Part shown: piece after piece, positions 56,999-64,000 of the stretch
How positions within the stretch are numbered: position 1 is the first letter of the stretch
Layout: every line of letters starts with the position of its first letter
IMG/VR virus record: IMGVR_UViG_2600255075_000001
Span: 1-64,000 of that record
From: a virus
Taxonomy: Duplodnaviria; Caudoviricetes
Reading direction: 5' to 3' (one strand)
DNA: 64,000 nt
Position numbers and translations under genes: made by a program
Notes under the pieces: generated by a model
Databases searched by the model: none
What the model saw: only the letters and a program-made list of their open reading frames with translations
Told to the model about the DNA's origin: nothing

Positions 56999-57481
56999 CT
57001 ATCTGTTTCCCATCACTTGCCACGCAGCACTAGATGGTGTGTAAATTTTTTTATTATCCCCATCTCTGCACCACACAACAAAATGCTCACAATTATTAAA
57101 TACTAGATTATAGCCTGTTGTATACAATTTACTATATGCTTTTTGAATTGCCTCCTCCCGGCTGCAATTCAATGGGCTGTTTCTTATTTCAATTGCTTTC
57201 CCATTTTTAAAAGTCTCGATTGTATCCATTTGTATAATTCCTAAGCCATCTACCTTTGTGAAATGAATCACCATTCCATCACCTATATAGATTCCATGAT
57301 GAATATATCCGCAAAAAACCGAAATGTGATCTCCTTTTACTATTTCAGGGTCCTTACCAAAGAATGCATGTATCGCTTTATATGGCGCAGCCTGAGAGCT
57401 TTCAACAGCATTGATTGTTGTTCTTGTCACTCTTTCAATTGCTTCGCTCAGTAAGGTTAAAGTATACTTCAAGCAAAACAC
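56999..57481 (-). CDS. LRAT/NC-domain protein (permuted NlpC/P60)
   Basis: GDHI......HHGIYIGDG.VIHF and YNLVFNNCEHF..WC. Confidence 0.88.
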   Translation of the reverse strand: MFCLKYTLTLLSEAIERVTRTTINAVESSQAAPYKAIHAFFGKDPEIVKGDHISVFCGYIHHGIYIGDGMVIHFTKVDGLGIIQMDTIETFKNGKAIEIRNSPLNCSREEAIQKAYSKLYTTGYNLVFNNCEHFVVWCRDGDNKKIYTPSSAAWQVMGNR

Positions 57482-57551
57482 CCCTTATAAAATCAGTTTT
57501 TTATTAGATTGTTTAGCACTGCGCTTCCGCGGTTATCAATATGTTAGTTTC

Positions 57552-58310
57552 TTATTTGTTTTTTATCCGGGAAATACTGATACTCTCCTTAATCTCTTTC
57601 CAAACCTGCTCCATGACTATCTGTGGATGAACTGAATTAATTTCTTTCTCTTCATCACTTAAAGTTTGCTTGAACCTTAACCACTGTTTACTGAGGTATG
57701 CCAATCTTAAGTCCCTGTTAGTGCATCCTCTAAATTCATCATCGTTTCGTAAATGTTCTATCCATTTTCCTTGAACTTTTTGCGTAATCTCTTCAGTATA
57801 AATTACTCTATTTTGTTCGAGTTTATTTATTTCTTCTATGCCAAACTTCTCTTCAATCAATTCGTCTAAAGAATAAAATAATTGAGAATCCCATATAGCA
57901 CCCTCATCATTCAAGAAATGGTCAATGCTCATGTAATATGTACTTAATATGACAACCACTGAAACCTTATATGTTACATCCACAGGTATATCTTCAATAA
58001 CTTTATTGTACTCATCTACTATATTAGTAATTTTCAACTTCACTTCATTACCGCTTGTTTTATACAAATGATTCTTAATCAAATCCTCGTATGAAATAAG
58101 TGAACTTTGAACTTCATCCATTGTGAGTTTTGATTCAGTGATAAATACTGGGTAGTTTCCCCTTTTTGCTAAAAGAAATAATTTAAGGAAATTTTCCTTA
58201 GAGCTACTAATAGAAATATTAACTCTTTCGATTTCATCAGGGTCTAATTCATTGATAAAATATATTATCTCATTTTCATTTGCAAATTTAATAATATCTT
58301 CTAAAAACAT
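57552..58310 (-). CDS. Hypothetical protein
   Basis: 252-aa ORF between palindromes 57487 and 58330. Confidence 0.7.
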   Translation of the reverse strand: MFLEDIIKFANENEIIYFINELDPDEIERVNISISSSKENFLKLFLLAKRGNYPVFITESKLTMDEVQSSLISYEDLIKNHLYKTSGNEVKLKITNIVDEYNKVIEDIPVDVTYKVSVVVILSTYYMSIDHFLNDEGAIWDSQLFYSLDELIEEKFGIEEINKLEQNRVIYTEEITQKVQGKWIEHLRNDDEFRGCTNRDLRLAYLSKQWLRFKQTLSDEEKEINSVHPQIVMEQVWKEIKESISISRIKNK

Positions 58311-58335
58311 ATTCCCTCTCTCTTTCTTGATGAAA

Positions 58336-58863
58336 TCAGACTTTTATTTGCTCGGCCAACTCTTTAAATTTCAGTAATAATTCTCTTGAATGCTCTAGTT
58401 GTTCTTCTAAAACGCCGTTGCTGCCTTCGATTTTAAAATGAAGTCCATTTATAATCCAATCAATCGACACACCATAGATAGAAGCAAGTTTAGATATGGT
58501 CAATAAATCGGGCTCACTAACATTGTTTTCATATCCGCTTATGGTTTTGTTATTTATACCTGAGAGCTGGGAAACCTCTCTTTGAGACAGTCCTTTAAGT
58601 TCTCTAGATTTTTTAAGTCTAAGTGATATTTCCTCTTTCTTAGGTGCCACTATTTTTTCTTCTTTTAATTGACGGCCAAACAAATAATCTAGCGTAACAT
58701 TGTAGAAATCAGCTACTTTAATTATAAATTTAAAATCAGGCTCTCTAATATCGTTTTCGTATCCTTAATACGTAGTACGAGCGATATTCAAAGTTTTTGC
58801 AAGATCGCCCTGTGATAAACGTATTGATTCTCTTAAATATCGAAGTCTTTCGCCAATCGACAT
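58336..58863 (-). pseudogene. Tandem XRE-HTH regulator interrupted by an in-frame TAA
   Basis: ATG 58863 gives MSIGERLRYLRESIRLSQGDLAKTLNIARTTY*GYENDIREPD...; TAA at 58765-58767, frame continues into the second HTH (58336-58683). Confidence 0.8.
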
Positions 58864-59171
58864 GTATTCACCTAATCTAAAAGAATATTATTTTATTCAC
58901 TCATCAACTTCAATCAACAACCCTACAGTTACACTGATCGTTTCACCGGCATCAAATTCTACGTAGGCTGCGTCAGTTTCTGAAGTGAATCCATCAAATT
59001 CGTACTGAAGGAAAAAGCCAGTTCCTAATCCAATATGTCTCACTCGATCTCCACGATGAAATATCAAAAAGACCAGCCCCTATGTAGTTTGAAAACTGTT
59101 ATATACATTATAATACGTTTCCAATATCTAGTATATCATATAATAATAAATTATATTCTTATACTTTTATT

Positions 59172-59354
59172 TTAATTATTTTCCCAAACTACCTCTTTAG
59201 TTACATTGTCAATTATCCTGTAACCGACTGGACAAAATAGTTTGAGTGCTTCGAGATCTTCGCTATCTTTTATTCGCTGCCAGTATTCGATTCCTGCTTT
59301 ATCATCCCGTCCGTCATAGCGTTGCAGACAGTATCTCTTCACTTCGTTTTCCAT
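59172..59354 (-). CDS. Hypothetical protein
   Basis: ORF with AAGGAG RBS. Confidence 0.6.
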   Translation of the reverse strand: MENEVKRYCLQRYDGRDDKAGIEYWQRIKDSEDLEALKLFCPVGYRIIDNVTKEVVWENN

Positions 59355-59361
59355 CTCCTTA

Positions 59362-59667
59362 TCAAGCAGTTTGGAGCGCTAGATACTTTTGCATAGATAA
59401 TTCGGTTACCTGGTCTAAGAACCATTTCTCTTCAACAGGATTCAACTCTCGTGGTGTTATATAGGTGTCGCTGTTATTGCAATAAATATCCGTGCGCCAT
59501 CCGTTACCCTGTTGCTTAAAAGTAAAGGTGAGATCTCCCCATATTAAGTCTTTCTCATTTAGGACTTTAACTGCTTCCTCTTCCGTCAAACCATCGTTTT
59601 GCTTCACGAGAAGGTTTTTAAAATATTCATACTCTAAAAATCTTCTTTTTATCATTATTAACACCAT
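59362..59667 (-). CDS. Hypothetical protein
   Basis: ORF track. Confidence 0.6.
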   Translation of the reverse strand: MVLIMIKRRFLEYEYFKNLLVKQNDGLTEEEAVKVLNEKDLIWGDLTFTFKQQGNGWRTDIYCNNSDTYITPRELNPVEEKWFLDQVTELSMQKYLALQTA

Positions 59668-59684
59668 CCTATATATTTTTGTTT

Positions 59685-59936
59685 TTAAGAATTGTCTTCT
59701 TCAAGTACTTGATTGCACACTTCTACGCATTCATTACAAATAACAACTCGTCTGGCAGCAATCATTTTATTTAATTCGCTTTGAAACTTACCACAAAAAT
59801 CGCATTGCAACTCATTCTCGATACTTGGGAAAACAAGAAGTTCATCATACTTTTTAGCTTTTCTCATAATCTCATGCATCGCCTTAACACCTATATTCGA
59901 TTCGCTCATACCCAATCTCTCCCTTATATAATTCAC
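59685..59936 (-). CDS. Stand-alone ClpX-type C4 zinc-binding-domain protein
   Basis: LQCDFCGKFQSELNKMIAARRVVICNECVEVCNQVLEED closely matches the ClpX N-terminal ZBD. Confidence 0.85.
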   Translation of the reverse strand: MNYIRERLGMSESNIGVKAMHEIMRKAKKYDELLVFPSIENELQCDFCGKFQSELNKMIAARRVVICNECVEVCNQVLEEDNS

Positions 59937-60136
59937 TTTTTATCGTCCATTTGCTCTTGTTTCAAATATTCGGCTGCAGGCGTCCCATTGCTCCAATCAT
60001 AATTCTCAAGAAAATCAAATTGCGATTTACAGTGCCATCCATTCTCAAACATTTGTCTGTGATGCCTTTCTCTTTCTTCTACATCATCATATTTATATAA
60101 TTCCCGTTTGATTATAGACTCATGATATTTAATCAT
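59933..60136 (-). CDS. Hypothetical protein
   Basis: ORF with AAGGAGG RBS. Confidence 0.6.
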   Translation of the reverse strand: MIKYHESIIKRELYKYDDVEERERHHRQMFENGWHCKSQFDFLENYDWSNGTPAAEYLKQEQMDDKK

Positions 60137-60175
60137 TATTTTGTAGTTCCCTCCTTATGAAATCTGCTTTTTTTG

Positions 60176-60481
60176 CTATTTAGGTTGAACAAGCATTCCA
60201 CCACATTCAGGCTCTTCGCCTTCAAGCCATCCTATAATGCGCTCAAACATCGATCTATAACTACCCCTAAAATCAAAAAGTACATCATCAAATCCAATAC
60301 TAAAACAACGGCCATCTCTCAAATCCCAATTCGGACAAACATATTTGATATGCCTACAAATTCTGTTTCGATTTTTACTAAGTCTACCGAACCTGTGACT
60401 GTCCCATATTTTACTCATAATTATTTTGTATTCATCAACTGTTAGCGATTCGCTACAGATTACTTCTGGAATATTACCCAT
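60176..60481 (-). CDS. Hypothetical protein
   Basis: ORF with AAAGGA RBS. Confidence 0.55.
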   Translation of the reverse strand: MGNIPEVICSESLTVDEYKIIMSKIWDSHRFGRLSKNRNRICRHIKYVCPNWDLRDGRCFSIGFDDVLFDFRGSYRSMFERIIGWLEGEEPECGGMLVQPK

Positions 60482-60553
60482 GATTATTGATCGTCCTTTC
60501 GTTTTTGTGAATGAAATTGCTTTTTCATTTCTCGTTGCTTCTTCTAGTCTATT

Positions 60554-60859
60554 CTATTTGTTTGTAACCTTAATAATGATTTGCTGCGACTCAAGGATGA
60601 TACTTAGTTCTGTCTTGCCATAACCCGAACTAATGGACACTCTCTTGTCACTCTCATCTAATCCAAAGTATTCAGTTATTTTATTTTTACTATTATTGAT
60701 TGACTCAAGATCGCTTGTTAAGTTAGGGAATGTTAATGATACAGTCATTGCTGAATCGCTGCCACATGAGACAAATGACCAAACTGAGCCGGTTCCTTTA
60801 TTGATCTCGTCTAGTAGATTTGAAAGTTTGCCAAGCTGGAATATTGATGGAGTTTGCAT
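60554..60859 (-). CDS. Hypothetical protein
   Basis: ORF with AAAGGAG RBS. Confidence 0.6.
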   Translation of the reverse strand: MQTPSIFQLGKLSNLLDEINKGTGSVWSFVSCGSDSAMTVSLTFPNLTSDLESINNSKNKITEYFGLDESDKRVSISSGYGKTELSIILESQQIIIKVTNK

Positions 60860-60930
60860 TTATATGTCTCCTTTCGGTTCGCCGATTATTTAAAAGCTCC
60901 GTAACAATTAGGTTGGGCTGTTATATCAAT

Positions 60931-61287
60931 TTATAGTTCACTACCATCCCACGGATAACAATTGGTATTATTTATGATTTGAGGCTTTACCCCAAAGTAA
61001 TGGTACTCTGGCTCCAACTCTTCGTCTTCATAAGCTGCGGCCCACTCCGAAGCGATATTACTTGGATTGCTCGTTTCGACCAACTTAATTTCAACGGTTC
61101 CTACATCTAACAGATGATCGCCACTACTGCACTTAGGACATTTAATACCATTTCCATTTGAATCAACTATGTTACATGAAAAATGTAAACTACATTCAAT
61201 ACAGTACTGCAGTTCATCGTAGAATATGTGACCAATGATCTTCTCATCATAGTGCTGGATAATTCGTATAGGCATTAGTTTCCCCAT
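60931..61287 (-). CDS. Zn-ribbon hypothetical protein
   Basis: CIEC...CPKC. Confidence 0.6.
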   Translation of the reverse strand: MGKLMPIRIIQHYDEKIIGHIFYDELQYCIECSLHFSCNIVDSNGNGIKCPKCSSGDHLLDVGTVEIKLVETSNPSNIASEWAAAYEDEELEPEYHYFGVKPQIINNTNCYPWDGSEL

Positions 61288-61320
61288 ATAATCCCCCCTG
61301 TTGAATTTACTTTTTAATAT

Positions 61321-61584
61321 TTATTTATGCTCACCCAGTCGCAATCTTTGTTCTAAACATTTGCTCTGTTTTGAGTCAAAATCCTCAGCGCGCGCGCGAT
61401 CTAAAATGATTTCTAGAGAATCCATCGCAGCCGAGAAGCCCTTCTTTTCTTTAGGTAAATTGCATTGCAGCTTATTGATTGCCATTCTTTGCAATTCAGA
61501 CTCTAGAGTACTCGGTAAACATGATACCCATACCTTACATTGAAAGTCTTCCCCTAGATTGAGAGTTACCCATTTACCATACAT
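61321..61584 (-). CDS. Hypothetical protein
   Basis: ORF with GGAGG RBS after palindrome 61605. Confidence 0.6.
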   Translation of the reverse strand: MYGKWVTLNLGEDFQCKVWVSCLPSTLESELQRMAINKLQCNLPKEKKGFSAAMDSLEIILDRARAEDFDSKQSKCLEQRLRLGEHK

Positions 61585-61624
61585 TTCAGTTCATCCTCCC
61601 TCCTATAAAATCGCTCTTTTATTG

Positions 61625-62188
61625 TTAAGTCAGGCAAGCCATAGACTTAGCGATAATCCTCTTGTCTGATTCTATTTGCTTCATCACTAGTTCCTGTTCT
61701 TCAAATTCAATTTTGATTTCAGCCATTCTTTGTTCGATTTCCTTCTTAACTTTAATAGATCTTGTTTTATATAATTTAAGATTTAAATTAGCTAACTCTA
61801 TATCATTGTATAATTTTGTTTCTTTTATTTTCTTATACAATGTATTTTCTAGCTTTGTTAACCTTCTTATTTCAGATTGATAGAGTTTCACTAATTTATC
61901 ATGGAGAGGATTCTTTTTATCTAAATCTGGAATATGTCCTCTTTTATATTCTATTACCGTTATTACTGTAGTAAGGTCTTGTGAAAGAATAATTCCCTTT
62001 TTCCCAGAAGCGAACAGATGACTTCTGTTACCTTTATCGCAAGTAATTTCTCCTATGTATGTACCCGCCCTAATAATTGACTTACACATATTAATAATGT
62101 CGGCTTCATTCAACATCTTAAATCTTTCTTTTGCTCGTTGTATTGCATGAGGAGTAAAATCCAAAGCTTTTAAATTCACTTTGATCAT
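61625..62188 (-). CDS. Hypothetical protein (T.HA..R..ER N-domain plus coiled coil)
   Basis: FTPHAIQRAKERF...VITV motif. Confidence 0.7.
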   Translation of the reverse strand: MIKVNLKALDFTPHAIQRAKERFKMLNEADIINMCKSIIRAGTYIGEITCDKGNRSHLFASGKKGIILSQDLTTVITVIEYKRGHIPDLDKKNPLHDKLVKLYQSEIRRLTKLENTLYKKIKETKLYNDIELANLNLKLYKTRSIKVKKEIEQRMAEIKIEFEEQELVMKQIESDKRIIAKSMACLT

Positions 62189-62409
62189 TCTTTCCCCTCC
62201 GGGACCAATTGATATTTATTTATAATTTCAATAGCTTTATTTTTAAAATTCTCACCTATATAAACTGTTTGCCAGCTATTACTTAACCCGATTAGATTTT
62301 CTTTTTTCAATTTTCTTAGAACGTCAGTATCGTAACCCCTCCAGCTTTCATTTCCACTTGCTGTTAAATGAATAAGTACAACAGTTAGATCTTCAATTAA
62401 TTGATCCAT
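62185..62409 (-). CDS. Small winged-helix-like hypothetical protein
   Basis: SWRGYD.DVL..L....LI pattern. Confidence 0.6.
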   Translation of the reverse strand: MDQLIEDLTVVLIHLTASGNESWRGYDTDVLRKLKKENLIGLSNSWQTVYIGENFKNKAIEIINKYQLVPEGKE

Positions 62410-62428
62410 TTTTCACCTCATAAAAGAC

Positions 62429-62689
62429 TTATTTCATCGTAATTGCTTCGACAATTAACCGACATGAATTATCATAATGTGCTTGGGCTAATTCCTTGCT
62501 TTTCTCTAAAGTGTGAACGTCTCTTCCAATATCTTTACCATCGAACCAGATCATATAAGTGTCATTATTTCCTTTAGAAATGAGATAATGACTTTTCTTA
62601 ATTCCGAAGTCAACCCATGACTCGTGTTTATGAATCGAAGTTGATTTAAATTCCAATTTTTTAAACATAATAATTCGTCTCCTATTCAT
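62429..62689 (-). CDS. Hypothetical protein
   Basis: ORF between palindromes 62420 and 62697. Confidence 0.6.
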   Translation of the reverse strand: MNRRRIIMFKKLEFKSTSIHKHESWVDFGIKKSHYLISKGNNDTYMIWFDGKDIGRDVHTLEKSKELAQAHYDNSCRLIVEAITMK

Positions 62690-62718
62690 ATTCTGAATGA
62701 AATACTTCTTTCATTTGG

Positions 62719-63063
62719 CTATATTACTTTCCGATATTGATATCCTGTAGGTGAATTGCCCACATATTCAAAACAAAACTTTCGGTTAGCCAAATTAATC
62801 TCTGTTACTGCACCTTTTTGGAATCCAGATGATTTAAGTTGTTCTATGAAATTTGGATTATGAATTATATCTGGATCGCTCTTATCATCAATAACAATTT
62901 CAAAACGTTTCAGTTGATCTGGAAGTTCATTTACTTCTTCCCAATAGTCAAGTGCAATCAATGCTCCATTTCCAATTCCTGCTTCATTGCAAGCATTCGC
63001 AATATTTGTGCCGATTACATACTCTTCCTTGTCAAATCTCCAGACTAACTTATATATTTTCAT
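62719..63063 (-). CDS. Hypothetical protein
   Basis: ORF between palindromes 62697 and 63090; GAGGAGGAG RBS. Confidence 0.7.
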   Translation of the reverse strand: MKIYKLVWRFDKEEYVIGTNIANACNEAGIGNGALIALDYWEEVNELPDQLKRFEIVIDDKSDPDIIHNPNFIEQLKSSGFQKGAVTEINLANRKFCFEYVGNSPTGYQYRKVI

Positions 63064-63103
63064 TTACTACTCCTCCTCTGAATAAGCCGATAAAAGAATC
63101 CTT

Positions 63104-63310
63104 TCATCGTATTACATTAATTCCAAAATCATTTATCCATTCCAAATATCCAGAAGATGCTTCTTGTGCATAGATTAAGTTACATTTTGTTCCCTTCACA
63201 TCTAAGTAAGTCTTAGCCTTGTTTTCGGCCTCTTGCTTTGTTAAAGCTTCCACAGGCATTGCAGCTCCATCATATCCAACATGCCAAATCACATTGAAAC
63301 ATCTCCCCAT
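63104..63310 (-). CDS. Hypothetical protein
   Basis: ORF between palindromes 63090 and 63309. Confidence 0.55.
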   Translation of the reverse strand: MGRCFNVIWHVGYDGAAMPVEALTKQEAENKAKTYLDVKGTKCNLIYAQEASSGYLEWINDFGINVIR

Positions 63311-63413
63311 GAAATAATCTTTTCATCGTATTAAATTCTGATTTTGCTCTTGAGTCCTAGCGAAACGTAATATAGGTGTATGCTCTTACATTTTTAAAGA
63401 AATCATTTGATTA

Positions 63414-63929
63414 TTAAACGATCAAGTAAGCCCAAACGACGTATAACAAATACACAAATAAAGGATGTGCCAGTATTGTAATTACCTGAGCTAACCTGTT
63501 TTCCTTTATTAGCTTCTCAATTCTTAACACTTCGTGATGCAATCCTGTCTTTCTGCAATATTCAATTGCATAGTTATTTGCATCCATCTCTTTTCTATTG
63601 AATGAGTAATAGATTAAATATAAAGCGCGCGCTAGTTTTTTTAATATCCATGGCTTATTACTGCTACTACGAAATGTGTAATTCTCTTTATTTCTATTCT
63701 TATACTGCCAGCTATGTCGCATCTCATGAGCAAGAATTCCAATGTTATTTGTGTCTGCAACAGCTACAAACTCGGGGTTTTCTTCCCAAACATGTGCCCC
63801 TAAAAATAACGAACCATATTTTTTAGTTTTTTCTTTTGCCTCTTCTCCAAAGAAGACTAAGGGATCGACATTCAGTTCTCGTTTTAGGTTTTCAGTATGA
63901 GCGTAAAAAAGCGTTTTCTCATCTACCAT
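63414..63929 (-). CDS. Zincin-like metallopeptidase with C-terminal TM
   Basis: LAHEMRHSWQ (HExxH) and E.DA..YA. Confidence 0.7.
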   Translation of the reverse strand: MVDEKTLFYAHTENLKRELNVDPLVFFGEEAKEKTKKYGSLFLGAHVWEENPEFVAVADTNNIGILAHEMRHSWQYKNRNKENYTFRSSSNKPWILKKLARALYLIYYSFNRKEMDANNYAIEYCRKTGLHHEVLRIEKLIKENRLAQVITILAHPLFVYLLYVVWAYLIV

Positions 63930-64000
63930 GTAACTATCTCCCTATGTATAATCGTTTATTTTTACAGAACAGACATTGCTCTTCACCAAGTACTTAAAGC

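Larger units (their letters stand above)
188..63326. repeat. Dispersed 18-bp palindrome ATRAAA-N6-TTTYAT at gene boundaries (at least 46 exact copies)
   Basis: Exact copies read by hand starting at 188, 3588, 6586, 12428, 14862, 15842, 16214, 17843, 18299, 20334, 22270, 25535, 27359, 28268, 28452, 30384, 31675, 32835, 33813, 35642, 36873, 38781, 40360, 42861, 43083, 43570, 44183, 44497, 45220, 45666, 46220, 47040, 52522, 54357, 55165, 55619, 55903, 56924, 57487, 58330, 60511, 61605, 62420, 62697, 63090, 63309; near-matches at 21653, 29297, 31909, 43795, 60157. Confidence 0.93.
1..64000. mobile_element. SPbeta-like temperate phage/prophage, early and replication region (no ends visible)
   Basis: Gene content resembles the SPbeta yor/yos/yop regions (DnaE, DnaB helicase, primase, NrdIEF, YolD/UvrX, 3D protein, YopQ/YopR-like pair); many short co-oriented hypothetical ORFs; no host housekeeping operons. 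Confidence 0.88.

Noticed and set aside
188-63326. 18-bp palindrome as a simple intrinsic terminator
   Set aside because: The stem would be almost all A-U pairs with no GC core or following U-tract, and genuine GC-stem terminators occur separately next to some copies (3546, 31640, 40307).
1629-63826. Many 60-120 aa ORFs antisense or out-of-frame within longer genes (e.g. 1629-1841, 18119-18454, 37829-38194, 48319-48672)
   Set aside because: Shadow ORFs with no RBS or recognisable motifs, overlapping well-supported genes.

Overview
AT-rich window that reads as the early/replication arm of a large SPbeta-like temperate phage or prophage of a Bacillales host (probably Paenibacillus, inferred from protein families). 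Most genes are on the minus strand. Core genes: DnaE polymerase, Y-family polymerase + YolD, ThyA, class Ib NrdIEF, DnaB helicase, primase, AAA ATPase + SSB-like protein, Tmk, ClpP, DNA methyltransferase, tRNA-Ile2(CAU), and YopQ/YopR(MrpR)-like lysogeny genes, interspersed with dozens of small hypothetical genes. Three things stand out. (1) An agr-like peptide-signalling cassette lies directly downstream of the MrpR-like repressor: agrB, a kinase-less membrane protein, an unannotated 38-aa agrD-like peptide and a receiver-less LytTR protein. (2) An 18-bp palindrome ATRAAA-N6-TTTYAT occurs in at least 46 exact copies, all at gene or module boundaries, dividing the region into cassette-like units. 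(3) A cas-less type I-C CRISPR mini-array (4 repeats, 3 spacers) has a full leader. All calls come from reading the sequence and protein motifs by eye; no database searches were run.
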